IMG/VR virus record: IMGVR_UViG_3300044645_001802
Coordinates: 1 to 36,304 of that record
DNA from: a virus
Taxonomy: Duplodnaviria > Caudoviricetes
Length of the DNA stretch: 36,304 nucleotides
Direction: 5' to 3' (one strand)
Positions 1 through 9,215 of the stretch are shown piece after piece (positions within the stretch are counted from its first letter, which is position 1; each line of letters opens with the position of its first letter). The notes below the pieces were generated by a model. The model ran no database searches and had not been told where the DNA came from. It worked only from the letters and a program-made list of their open reading frames with translations. The position numbers and the translations under genes were made by a program.

Positions 1-2
1 TG

Positions 3-281
3 CGTATTGCGGGCCGTGATACCGTCGCCCGCGTCGTTGACGACGCCGTGCGCCGCTGGCCCGCTCCGGTCCTGCGGCAGTGCGACGCTGGCGAAGCCGA
101 GGTCGTCGGCTCGTTCCTCGCCAAGTCGCTCAAGAGGCGGCGGCAGCAGTACGGCATGGGGATCATCCTGACGCTCGTCCTGTCGGCGTTGATCAGCGAG
201 ATCGTGAAGATCCTCATCCGCTGGTGGCTCGACAGCCGCGAGAACCGGGCAGCGATGCAAGCGATGCAGGAGACACCATGA
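3..281 (+). CDS. 5'-partial small membrane protein (lysis-region candidate)
   Basis: Frame open from window edge; hydrophobic segment GIILTLVLSALISEIVKILIRWWL; stop overlaps next ATG (ATGA). Confidence 0.6.
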   Translation, partial: RIAGRDTVARVVDDAVRRWPAPVLRQCDAGEAEVVGSFLAKSLKRRRQQYGMGIILTLVLSALISEIVKILIRWWLDSRENRAAMQAMQETP

Positions 282-535
282 CGGACGCGACCAAGGAAAC
301 GCTCTTCAGCATCATCGAGCGGTGGGGATTTCCCACTTTGGTCGCCCTGGCTGCCGGCTGGGTGCTCCGGAACGACGTGCTACTGCCTCTGGTGGAGGAG
401 CATCGGTCGTTTGTCCGGCAACTCAGCGAGACGCAACAGGAAATCAGCCAGACTATCAGCGAGCAGACGAAGTTGCTCTACGCACTCCAGCCGCGGTTGG
501 CGAACGACAACAAGCCTGACCCGACGAGGAACTGA
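278..535 (+). CDS. Small membrane protein with coiled-coil tail, holin-like candidate
   Basis: RBS AGGAG; one TM segment (WGFPTLVALAAGWVL) followed by a heptad-rich helix; holin role is inference. Confidence 0.55.
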   Translation: MTDATKETLFSIIERWGFPTLVALAAGWVLRNDVLLPLVEEHRSFVRQLSETQQEISQTISEQTKLLYALQPRLANDNKPDPTRN

Positions 536-539
536 CGCC

Positions 540-1373
540 ATGGGCATGAGCGGTAAGTTGCTGCGGCCAAAGACTAGCGGCCACCCCGAGGCATTGGCGT
601 GGCGATCTGCCGTCATCGCCAATGGTGGCACCGTGTCGGCTTCGACTCTGGCGGCCGTTACGACGTTCTGTCGTGCCATCGACTCGGCAGGGCTGCGGGA
701 TCGGTTCTATCGGCTGAACCTCTTCTGCGGCGACGGCTTGTCGGCTGTCCTCGTTCCGCTCTATCGAGGCCCGAGCCGCACTGGAACGCAGTACGGCAAC
801 ACCGCGGACACCAACGTCAACTTCGTCAGCGGCGACTACACCCTGGCTACTGGCCTGACGGGCAACGGCAGCACCAAGTACCTCCAGACAGGAGTTTCGT
901 CATCCGCGTGGATTACCGGCGGAAACGTGCAGTCACACCTCGCCGTCTACAAGCGGACCTCAGTCAACAGCGGCGCGCTGTTGAGCGCTCGGTCAAGCAC
1001 GCTCGTGAACAACTGGGAGTTAGGCGCTGGCGGCAATGTTCTAGGTGGCTCCGGCGGCAGTTTTGCAATACCGACACCGCACGATTCGTTCATCGGAGTT
1101 ACCCGTACAGCAAGCACTGCGATTGTTGCGTTTCGCAGAACTGTGCTGTCCGCAGAGAACACTGTCAGCGGAACTGTTACCGGCACTTCGATTCCGTTCG
1201 CCGTGTTCGCGAGAAACGACCAAGCCACGGACATAAATGCGTACACGCCCGCCCTGTTTTCAAATCAGACACTGGCCGCGTACTCCATAGGGGCGGGGCT
1301 GTCTGTGGCGCAGATTGCGCTATACGACGCGGCCATGCAGGCGTTCCAGACGGCACTCGGGCGAAACGTATGA
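540..1373 (+). CDS. Putative virion-associated protein, beta-rich/LamG-like C-terminal part
   Basis: RBS GAGGA; 277 aa, Gly/Thr/Ser rich; motifs GLTGNGSTKYLQTG and YSIGAGLSVAQIALYDAAMQAFQTALGR resemble concanavalin-like phage proteins. Confidence 0.55.
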   Translation: MGMSGKLLRPKTSGHPEALAWRSAVIANGGTVSASTLAAVTTFCRAIDSAGLRDRFYRLNLFCGDGLSAVLVPLYRGPSRTGTQYGNTADTNVNFVSGDYTLATGLTGNGSTKYLQTGVSSSAWITGGNVQSHLAVYKRTSVNSGALLSARSSTLVNNWELGAGGNVLGGSGGSFAIPTPHDSFIGVTRTASTAIVAFRRTVLSAENTVSGTVTGTSIPFAVFARNDQATDINAYTPALFSNQTLAAYSIGAGLSVAQIALYDAAMQAFQTALGRNV

Positions 1374-1747
1374 CCCTTACCCAACTGCTCACGGCAGGCA
1401 TCGACACCCAGCGTCAGTACGCACTGACGTTCGGTGCGCCGCTTGCGACCGTGCTACGCCAGCGATGGGAGCAATTCGGCACGACGAATCTCGTCCCGAC
1501 GCCCGTGGTCCTAACCGACGGCCGCTACATGCTGTCCGCTGACATCCTGAGCGAGGTGAGCGAGCAAGTGGACTCCAGGCGGCTATTGGCCCGCATGTGG
1601 AGGAACAGCGATCGAGCGGTCATCGCCGCTGGCGTCACGATCGTCCCGTGGGCTGACGCTCTCGCGCTACTGCCGCAAACGCCCGAGCCGTTGCCAGAAC
1701 CGTCGGATTTCAACGTCGTGCCTGGTTGGCCGGTCCGTGTGCGGTGA
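1370..1747 (+). CDS. Hypothetical protein
   Basis: ATGA coupling to upstream gene; protein-like composition (PVVLTDGRYMLSADILSEV). Confidence 0.65.
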   Translation: MTLTQLLTAGIDTQRQYALTFGAPLATVLRQRWEQFGTTNLVPTPVVLTDGRYMLSADILSEVSEQVDSRRLLARMWRNSDRAVIAAGVTIVPWADALALLPQTPEPLPEPSDFNVVPGWPVRVR

Positions 1748-1877
1748 GCAACCTCCGGCGGAGTCGCTGGCGAAGGGTAGGCTGAAGCGAAAGGCCACGC
1801 ATCGGGCCATAGCCATGTCGGGGTCTGCAAGCACAGGCGGCCGGTCTGGTAGGGTGCGGTGACACAGGAGAAACGCT

Positions 1878-2234
1878 ATGTCTGAGATGCGCATCGTTCG
1901 CCGGGTCAGGTTCTCGCCGATCACGCTGGCTACTGCCACGGCGTCGTGCGCCACGCTGAACCTTGGCGACATGGCAGGCGGCGTCGTGTCGTTCGGCACC
2001 ATGCTGACCGCGGCCACCTCGCTCCAAATGTGGGGAGCCACGGACGAAGCCGGTCCGTTCCGCCGGGTCTACAAGGCTGACGGCTCGGCGGCCGACATCA
2101 CGCTGGCTCCCAGCACGGCCGACGGCCGCGTGTACGCTTTGCCCGATGAGGTGTTCGCCGTGCCGTGGCTCAAGATCGCGTCGGCTACCACGAACTCGAC
2201 CGGCACGGCTGGCGTGGTCTCCTTGAAGTCGTGA
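1878..2234 (+). CDS. Small beta-rich hypothetical protein (possible virion decoration)
   Basis: RBS AGGAG; Thr/Ala rich, 118 aa. Confidence 0.7.
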   Translation: MSEMRIVRRVRFSPITLATATASCATLNLGDMAGGVVSFGTMLTAATSLQMWGATDEAGPFRRVYKADGSAADITLAPSTADGRVYALPDEVFAVPWLKIASATTNSTGTAGVVSLKS

Positions 2235-2235
2235 G

Positions 2236-2577
2236 ATGCCGACGCGTATCCCCACGTTCCGTGCCACGTCGATGCTGCGGGCATTCCGCCAGCCCGAGGA
2301 CAGGCCCAACGCCTACCAGCGTGGATACACCGACCGGCGGCACCAAGCGTGGCGGCTTGCGGTGCTGACCCGCGACGCGTGGCAGTGCAGGCGGTGCGGC
2401 CGCGTCTGTGCCGACAAGCGTGAGGCACACGCGGACCACGTCAGCCCCGTGGTGCATGGCACCAGCGTATGCCGCGACGGCCGCTCGCGGTACGACGTGG
2501 ACGGCGGGCAGTGCTTGTGCCACTCCTGCCACAGTCGCAAGACGAAAACCGATCAGTATGCGATTTCTCAGGAATGA
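2236..2577 (+). CDS. HNH endonuclease (terminase-associated, HK97 gp74-like)
   Basis: RGY..W..LR..VLTRDAWQCRRC, HADHV, QCLCHSCHSRKT; typical position upstream of the packaging genes. Confidence 0.9.
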   Translation: MPTRIPTFRATSMLRAFRQPEDRPNAYQRGYTDRRHQAWRLAVLTRDAWQCRRCGRVCADKREAHADHVSPVVHGTSVCRDGRSRYDVDGGQCLCHSCHSRKTKTDQYAISQE

Positions 2578-2805
2578 CCGCGATGGAATGACCCCACGTA
2601 ATAAGGGGGAGTTGGGCCGACGCCGCGCGGCCGCGTAGCCCCCGGCGGGGGGGGGTGGGGCGCGCCTTCGGGCCGGCTTTGACGAAAACCAATTGTTTCC
2701 TCCCCCCCGTGCGGCCGGGGGTTTTCGGCCCCCCCGGTCGAACGCTTGCCACGGCCCCTATAACGCGATCCTAGGCCCGATGCCGCCACCCCCCGTGAAA
2801 CCCCG
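2578..2805. other. Probable cos / packaging initiation region
   Basis: Non-coding gap after the HNH gene with CCCCCGGC-G9-TGGGG (2639-2660) and inverted repeat CCGGGGG/CCCCCGG (2715-2737); HK97-like phages have cos here. Confidence 0.5.
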
Positions 2806-3441
2806 ATGAACATCCGAAACCGCGTCAAATCGCTCCGCATGGTCCCTGCCAGCGACCTCCGGCCCAATCCGAAGAACTGGCGAACCCATCCGAAGGCCCA
2901 GCAGGATGCCCTCCGGGGCGTGCTGGCCGAAGTCGGCCTTGCCGACGCCTGCCTCGCCCGCGAGTTGCCAGACGGATCCCTCATGCTGATCGACGGCCAC
3001 CTGCGTGCCGAGACGCTTGGCGACGGCGACGTGCCGGTGCTGGTCCTCGACGTGAACGAGGCCGAGGCCGACAAGATTCTCGCGACGCTCGATCCGCTGG
3101 CGGCGATGGCGGATTCCGACGCGGCGAAGTTGGACGAACTGCTTCGCACCGTCGATACCGGGAGCGAGGCGTTGCAGCAGATGCTGTCGGCGACGGCGAG
3201 CGCGGCGGGGCTGTATCAAGAACTCAGCACGTCGCTCGGCAACGACGGCGACGACCAGCCGGATGAAGATGCCGCTGGCGAGCCTCCCCCGAGCGGCGTC
3301 CGCATGGTGCAGTTGTTTCTCGACGAGTCGAACATCGGAGAGTTTCAAGACGCCTGCGCTGCGCTCGCCGAAGCATACGGCACGCACAACATAACCGACA
3401 CGATTCTGGAGGCGGTGCGTCGTGCAAGTGCATCACTGTAA
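2806..3441 (+). CDS. ParB/Srx-like N-terminal domain protein
   Basis: VPASDLRPNPKNWRTH, LIDGHLR, VPVLVLD motifs. Confidence 0.85.
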   Translation: MNIRNRVKSLRMVPASDLRPNPKNWRTHPKAQQDALRGVLAEVGLADACLARELPDGSLMLIDGHLRAETLGDGDVPVLVLDVNEAEADKILATLDPLAAMADSDAAKLDELLRTVDTGSEALQQMLSATASAAGLYQELSTSLGNDGDDQPDEDAAGEPPPSGVRMVQLFLDESNIGEFQDACAALAEAYGTHNITDTILEAVRRASASL

Positions 3442-4339
3442 GGAGAAGTTCCCGGCCGACCACCTCGCGGGAACCAAACTCGACGAGTCGCACTACGATC
3501 ACCTGCTAGGCGGCGACGAACCGTGCGACGTTTTCAAGCCAGACGGCACGCCGCTGGTCAAGTACCGCCCGCGATGGTTCGGCGAGGATTTGTGCCGGTC
3601 GGTTCTGCCAGCGTGCCGCAAGGCGGCAACGAAAACGAACAATCGCGGCATGGCGGCTGGTGACATCAAGCAAGTCTCGCTCGGAACGCATCGGCCAATC
3701 GAGGCGCACTCAAAAACGAACTTCCGAACGATCAAGCAAGACGGCACGATCAGCAACACCACTCGCGGCGGCGAGGTTGAAAGCGGAATCATTGGATACT
3801 TCGACCGCAGTGCGAGGTTTCCGTTTTGCCGTCAAACATCGTTCTTGATTTCGCAGGCCGCTACGTGGAAGCGTTTCCTTCCGTACATCGAACGCGCTGA
3901 TCAAGGGTTCCGCGAGTTCACGCCGGATCGCTGGGCTGCACAGCGCAACTGCGCGAGTCGCACCGCGTCGGATTGGGTCATCCCGCAAAGCACCTTCACC
4001 ACGGTCACCGTCAATAAGAACTTCCAGACCGCGACTCACAAGGACGCCGGCGACCTTGCCGCCGGGTTCGGCGTCATGTCGTGCCTGCGGAACGACAAGT
4101 ACGACGGGGCGTATCTGGTGTTCCCGGCGTACCGCGTCGCGGTCAACTTCGACCACGGGTGCCTGTGCCTTGCGGACGTGCATGAGTGGCACAGCAACAC
4201 GTCATTCACGCGGATGCGGCTCGGCTACGAGCGCATCACACTCGTCTTCTACTACCGCGAGAACATGATCCACTGCAAAGAAGCCAAAGCGGAAGTCGAG
4301 TGGGCGAAGAACAGAAAAAGAGGGGAGCCGCTCGCATAA
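3422..4339 (+). CDS. TET/JBP-family 2-oxoglutarate/Fe(II) dioxygenase (base hydroxylase)
   Basis: SGIIGYFDR..PFCRQT, FTTVTVNKNFQTATHKDAGD (HxD), DVHEWHSNT (H), RITLVFYYRE (2OG-binding R). Confidence 0.85.
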   Translation: MQVHHCKEKFPADHLAGTKLDESHYDHLLGGDEPCDVFKPDGTPLVKYRPRWFGEDLCRSVLPACRKAATKTNNRGMAAGDIKQVSLGTHRPIEAHSKTNFRTIKQDGTISNTTRGGEVESGIIGYFDRSARFPFCRQTSFLISQAATWKRFLPYIERADQGFREFTPDRWAAQRNCASRTASDWVIPQSTFTTVTVNKNFQTATHKDAGDLAAGFGVMSCLRNDKYDGAYLVFPAYRVAVNFDHGCLCLADVHEWHSNTSFTRMRLGYERITLVFYYRENMIHCKEAKAEVEWAKNRKRGEPLA

Positions 4340-5283
4340 TGGCTATATGTCTTTTCTATCTCGCAGAGCCGAGGTACGGCGGTTGGCCTACCTACACGTC
4401 GCATCTCTACAGAGGCCTCGCAGAAACAGGCAAGCGGCCAGTGCTGTTCAAGATAGGTAGCAAAACAGACGGCAGAATGCGGCCGTACGGCAGGGGGATC
4501 GAATACACAAACATCACGCTAAGCGATGCAGTTTCAATGGCGCGAAGCAACCCGTGTTTCATCACCGCAGTTGGAAAGGGATACTACGACGCCGCGTGCA
4601 GTTTGATGCTTTCGGGTGCATCCGTTTGCGTGCACGATCCAACGGAACTGAAAGAGCCTTTTGCATCGGCACTCCCGGCGGCGAAGGTGGTTGTGATCCG
4701 TGAGTCGATGCTTTCGCACCTCCCTCATGCGAAGTTCACCCTTCATCCTTACGCGCCCCGTGGGCAGCAAGGAACCAAAGAAAAACTGGCGTGCGCGATA
4801 TCAAGAATCGACCACGACAAAAACACATCCATCATCGCATCCGCGAACGAACGGCTAAAAGAGCCTGTTCAACTTTACGGCGCGATCAACCGCATCTACT
4901 CCTACTTCACGCTCGACGCGAAGCACCCAGGCTGGGAGAAGAACTATGTCTCCTCCCCGAGCGCGAACAGCCTCTGGGCGTGTCAGAAAATCGCTTGCGG
5001 GTACAAAAAAATGGTCGATCTTTCTGTCATCAAAAAAGACGGCAGGGGAACGCAGTACACGTTCCTTGAGGCAGTGGACGCAGGATGTTCCCTGATTTTG
5101 CACGAAGCATGGGAACCGAGCGGCCTGCTTTCGCAACTAAGCCGTACCGTTCGCTGCTCCGATAGCTTGGTCGAGGAGCTTGCGAAACCGTGCAGGTTCG
5201 ACAAAAAAGCCGCCCAGCAGTTGCTGCTAAATCACTGTCACAAGAAAATAGCAGCACAAACCTGCGAAGCGATAGGAGCATGA
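4339..5283 (+). CDS. TET-associated GT-B glycosyltransferase
   Basis: TAATG coupling to TET gene; YGGWPTYTSHL, ISRIDHDKN, GTQYTFLEAVDAG GT-B motifs. Confidence 0.75.
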   Translation: MAICLFYLAEPRYGGWPTYTSHLYRGLAETGKRPVLFKIGSKTDGRMRPYGRGIEYTNITLSDAVSMARSNPCFITAVGKGYYDAACSLMLSGASVCVHDPTELKEPFASALPAAKVVVIRESMLSHLPHAKFTLHPYAPRGQQGTKEKLACAISRIDHDKNTSIIASANERLKEPVQLYGAINRIYSYFTLDAKHPGWEKNYVSSPSANSLWACQKIACGYKKMVDLSVIKKDGRGTQYTFLEAVDAGCSLILHEAWEPSGLLSQLSRTVRCSDSLVEELAKPCRFDKKAAQQLLLNHCHKKIAAQTCEAIGA

Positions 5284-5284
5284 C

Positions 5285-5812
5285 ATGGGCAAACGTGGCC
5301 CCGCCCCCGAACCGTCGATCCTGAAATACATTCGCGGCAACCCGTCGAAGGCGGCGCTGCCGACGAACGAGCCGACGCCCGACCTGCTCGACAACCTCGA
5401 CCCTCCCGGGTGGATTGCCGAAGACCCGGTCGCGGTGAAGAAGTGGAACGACACCGTGCCGATGCTGCGGCGGATGCGAGTGTTCACGGAGGCCGACGTT
5501 GATGCGTGGGCACTCTATTGCCACACGTGGTCTAAATGGCTGGAGGCCCGCGACAAGTGCAAGCAGTTGGGCCGCGACAACATCACGATGGAGCCAGACC
5601 CGAACCGCACGGACGGACGGCTGCGAATCAAATGGACGCAGCCGTTTTCATGGTCGGTCGATGAACGGTCGCTGCGTGGCGACTTGCGAAGGATGCAGCA
5701 AGACTTCGGCATGACGCCAAGCAGCCGGTCACAGGTGAGCACGCATGGCAGTGAAGAAGCAGACCCGGTTGCCGCCTACGCTGCGAAGCGACGCCGCACG
5801 CCTGGGGCTTGA
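5285..5812 (+). CDS. terS: Terminase small subunit, P27 family
   Basis: MGKRGPAPEP..LK..RGNPSK N-terminus, ALYC..W, FGMTPSSRSQV C-terminus. Confidence 0.9.
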   Translation: MGKRGPAPEPSILKYIRGNPSKAALPTNEPTPDLLDNLDPPGWIAEDPVAVKKWNDTVPMLRRMRVFTEADVDAWALYCHTWSKWLEARDKCKQLGRDNITMEPDPNRTDGRLRIKWTQPFSWSVDERSLRGDLRRMQQDFGMTPSSRSQVSTHGSEEADPVAAYAAKRRRTPGA

Positions 5813-7358
5813 CTACTACTTCGACCCTGAAGCCGCGCAGCACGCCGTCAACTTTTTTGAAGGCTGGCTGCGGCACAGCAAAGGGAAGCACGCGGGCCAG
5901 CCGTTTGCCCTGCTTGAGTGGCAGACGGTGATGATCGGCGAGTTGTTCGGCTGGAAGCGACTCGCCGACGACACCCGTCGCTATCGCGTGGCCTACATCT
6001 CCACGGGGAAGAAGCAGGGGAAGTCAACGCTCCTCGCGGGCATCGGTCTGTATCTGCTTGTGATGGATGGAGAGAACGGGGCCGAGGTGTACGGGGCGGC
6101 TGCGGACCGTGAGCAAGCCTCGTTGGTCTACAGAGAAATGGCGTCGATGGTGCGGGCGTCGCCGCAACTCTCCCGCGTGCTGGAAGTCATCGACTCCCGC
6201 CGCACGATCGCCTACCGCAAAGAGGCGTCGTTCTACCGCGTACTTTCGGCGGATGCTTTCAGGGCGGAAGGGTTGAACATTCACGGGCTGCTGTTTGACG
6301 AGCTGCACAGCCAGCGTGACCGAAGGCTTTTCGACTCGCTCCGCTACGGAGGCGCGGCGCGAGAGCAGCCGCTCCTTGTGTCGGTGACGACGGCCGGCCA
6401 CGACCGCAACTCTATCTGCTGGGAGCAGTACACCTACGCCAAGGCCGTGCTGCGGGATTGGACGCACGACCCGACGTTCTTTCCTTGCATCTACGAGGCC
6501 GAGGAATCGGACGAATGGACAGCCGAGGATACGTGGCCGAAGGCGAACCCGTCGTGGGGCGTGACGATCAAACCGGAGGACTTCGCCGCCGACTGCCGCG
6601 AGGCCCAACTTTCCAACACGAAAGAAAACTCGTTCCGCCGCTACCGACTCAACCAGTGGACGCAGCAGGACACGCGCTGGATTCGCATGGAGGCGTGGGA
6701 CGCTTGCGCCTCGGAGCCGCCCGGCCCGCTCGACCGGCGGGAGTGCTGGTGCGGCCTCGACCTTGCGACCACCTACGACACCTCGGCGTTCGTCGCGGTG
6801 TTCCCCGCCCCCGACGGCACCTACGACGTTCTGTGCCGTTTCTGGATTCCAGGGGACAACGCACAGGAGCGGGAGCGAAAGGACCGCGTGCCGTACGTGT
6901 CGTGGGCGAAAGACGCGTCCACCGGCCTGACCATGACGGGCGGAAACGTGACGGACTTCGACGTGATCCGCCGGGACATTGTTCAGTTTTCCAAGCAATA
7001 CAACGTGCGGCAGCTGGCCATCGATAGATGGTCGGCTACGCAGTTGTCCTTGCAACTGCAAGGGGACGGGCTCGACGTTGTAGGTTTTGGACAGGGCTAC
7101 GCCAGCATGAGCCCGGCCGCAAAGCAACTGGAAAACCTCATCGCATCGGGGAAGCTCCGGCACGGTGGTAACAAAATCCTCGGATGGATGGCCGGCAACG
7201 TCAGCGTGAAGATGGACGCCGCAGGGAACATCAAACCGATCAAGCCGGAATACGGGAAAAGCGAACGGATCGACGGCATCGTGGCTTTGACGATGGCAGT
7301 CGGCATCCACGCCGCGAAGAAGCCTCAAGAACAAGCCCCCGAAATCTTCATCATCTGA
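5745..7358 (+). CDS. terL: Terminase large subunit (HK97/3'-cos type)
   Basis: Walker A GKKQGKST, Walker B LLFDELH, TTAG, KANPS, GLDLA, IDGIVA nuclease motifs. Confidence 0.95.
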   Translation: MAVKKQTRLPPTLRSDAARLGLDYYFDPEAAQHAVNFFEGWLRHSKGKHAGQPFALLEWQTVMIGELFGWKRLADDTRRYRVAYISTGKKQGKSTLLAGIGLYLLVMDGENGAEVYGAAADREQASLVYREMASMVRASPQLSRVLEVIDSRRTIAYRKEASFYRVLSADAFRAEGLNIHGLLFDELHSQRDRRLFDSLRYGGAAREQPLLVSVTTAGHDRNSICWEQYTYAKAVLRDWTHDPTFFPCIYEAEESDEWTAEDTWPKANPSWGVTIKPEDFAADCREAQLSNTKENSFRRYRLNQWTQQDTRWIRMEAWDACASEPPGPLDRRECWCGLDLATTYDTSAFVAVFPAPDGTYDVLCRFWIPGDNAQERERKDRVPYVSWAKDASTGLTMTGGNVTDFDVIRRDIVQFSKQYNVRQLAIDRWSATQLSLQLQGDGLDVVGFGQGYASMSPAAKQLENLIASGKLRHGGNKILGWMAGNVSVKMDAAGNIKPIKPEYGKSERIDGIVALTMAVGIHAAKKPQEQAPEIFII

Positions 7359-7361
7359 CCC

Positions 7362-9215
7362 ATGATCGCAGACGCACACCCGCGAATCCTCTGGCTCCCG
7401 TCTGGTGACGCGGAGTCGCGGCACTGGGATTACGAGGGCGGATCGTTCGGTGGCAGCAACCGCAACCCTGCCGGCGTGCGGATCGACTCCGAGACGGCGA
7501 TGCGTTCGACCGTCGTGCTGGCGTGCGTCCGCGTGCTGGCGACCTCGGTCGCGGGTTTGCCGCTGCACCTCTACCGGCGGCAGGCCGACGGCGGCAAGAC
7601 GATCGCCCGCGAGCATCCGCTCTACCGCCTGCTGCACGCCACGCCGAACGGCTGGCAGACGAGTTTTGAGTGGCGCGAGCAGTTGATGCTGCACCTCTGC
7701 CTGCACGGCAACGCCTACGTCGAGATGCGGGCCGGGGCCGCCGGCTTCGCGTCGGAGTTGATTGCTCTGCATCCAAGCCGCATGAAGCCCGAGCGGATCG
7801 AGAACGGGCGGCTGCGGTACAAGTACCGCGAGGAAAGCGGAGCCGAGACGGTCTACACGCAAGACCAGATCATGCACCTGCGGTGGCTGTCCGATGACGG
7901 CGTCAACGGCATGATTCCTGTGGAACTGGCCCGCGATGCTATCGGGCTTGCCCGAGCGTGCGAGATTCACGGGGCGTCGTTCTTCGCGAACGGGGCACGC
8001 CCCGGCGTGGTCCTCGCCACCGACAACATGATGGACGCCGAGGCGGCCCGCTCGCTCCGCGAAAACTGGGAGCGGGTGCATCGCGGACCGGACCGGAGCA
8101 ACCGGACGGCGGTACTGACCAACGGCCTCAAGCCTGTGGAGTTCGGCGGCACGAATCAAGAGTCGCAGTTTCTGGAGACGCGGCGGTTTTCCGTCGAGGA
8201 AATCTGCCGCATCTACGGGTGCCCGCCGCATCTCGTCGGCGACTTGACCCGCTCGTCGTTTTCCAACATCGAGCAGCAGAGCCTCGACTACCTCCAGAAC
8301 ACGCTGCTCGGCTGGCTGCGTCGGTTTGAATCGGCGTTCGCCCGCGACCTCATCACGGACGATTCGCTGTTCGCCGAGTTCGACGTGCGCGGCCTGCTGC
8401 GTGGCGACGCCACGGCCCGCGCGTCGTACTACCAGACGCTCTGGAATCTCGGCGTGGCGAGCATCAACGAAATCCGCGGGTGGGAGAACCTCGACCCGGT
8501 GGAGGCCGGCGACACGCGGTTCGTGCAACTCAACATGACGACGCTTGGCCGGGCGGCCGCGATGCCCGAGCCGACGGCGACGGTGGAGTTGCCGGCTACC
8601 GAGCCGACCGCTGCGGCGGGGCCGACCGACGCGGTCCCCGGCGAGCCGCAGGCGGCAGACGTGTCGCTCAACGGGTCACAAATCACGGGGCTGCTCGCGA
8701 TCCTGCAGGCTGTCAGCACAGGCATCTTCACGAAGAGCGGTGCCGCTGCAGCGGTCGCGGCAGCCTTTCCGTTCATCCCGCAATCGCAGGTCGATGCGAT
8801 CCTCGCGGGCGTCCCCGAGCCAGCCGCACCGCTGCCGCTGCCGGCTCCGCCGCCAGCACGCTCGCAGCCCGAGTCGCGAGCCATGACGATCAGTATCGAC
8901 TTCGACCGGACGTTCGCGGCCGACCCGGCACTGTGGGGCAACTTCGCCCGCAAAGCGGTATCGGACGGGAACACGGTGGTCATGGTCAGCCGTCGGCCAG
9001 ATACGGCCGACGACCGGCAGACCGTGACCGACACGCTGGGCGAGTACGCCGAAGCGTTCAGCCAAGTGCTGCTCGTTGGCGACGCGCTCAAGGACGACGC
9101 CGCCAAGGCGGCTGGCGTCAACGTAGACGTGTGGGTGGACGATTCGCCGCAGTTCGTCCGCAAGTACGCCAAGCCGCGACGCAAGCGAAAGGGCAGCGAT
9201 GGCGGCACGGTATGA
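7362..9215 (+). CDS. HK97-family portal protein with C-terminal extensions including a HAD-like domain
   Basis: VLACVRVLATSVAGLPL, LHGNAY, FFANGARPG, SQFLETR, SFSNIEQQ, INEIRGWENL; after a Pro/Ala linker comes DFDRT..VSRR..WVDD. Confidence 0.92.
   Translation: MIADAHPRILWLPSGDAESRHWDYEGGSFGGSNRNPAGVRIDSETAMRSTVVLACVRVLATSVAGLPLHLYRRQADGGKTIAREHPLYRLLHATPNGWQTSFEWREQLMLHLCLHGNAYVEMRAGAAGFASELIALHPSRMKPERIENGRLRYKYREESGAETVYTQDQIMHLRWLSDDGVNGMIPVELARDAIGLARACEIHGASFFANGARPGVVLATDNMMDAEAARSLRENWERVHRGPDRSNRTAVLTNGLKPVEFGGTNQESQFLETRRFSVEEICRIYGCPPHLVGDLTRSSFSNIEQQSLDYLQNTLLGWLRRFESAFARDLITDDSLFAEFDVRGLLRGDATARASYYQTLWNLGVASINEIRGWENLDPVEAGDTRFVQLNMTTLGRAAAMPEPTATVELPATEPTAAAGPTDAVPGEPQAADVSLNGSQITGLLAILQAVSTGIFTKSGAAAAVAAAFPFIPQSQVDAILAGVPEPAAPLPLPAPPPARSQPESRAMTISIDFDRTFAADPALWGNFARKAVSDGNTVVMVSRRPDTADDRQTVTDTLGEYAEAFSQVLLVGDALKDDAAKAAGVNVDVWVDDSPQFVRKYAKPRRKRKGSDGGTV

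Noticed and set aside
6024-8528. 834-aa minus-strand ORF and other long antisense ORFs (10348-11640, 34548-36002)
   Set aside because: Shadow frames of GC-rich terminase, portal, capsid and helicase genes; no motifs recognised
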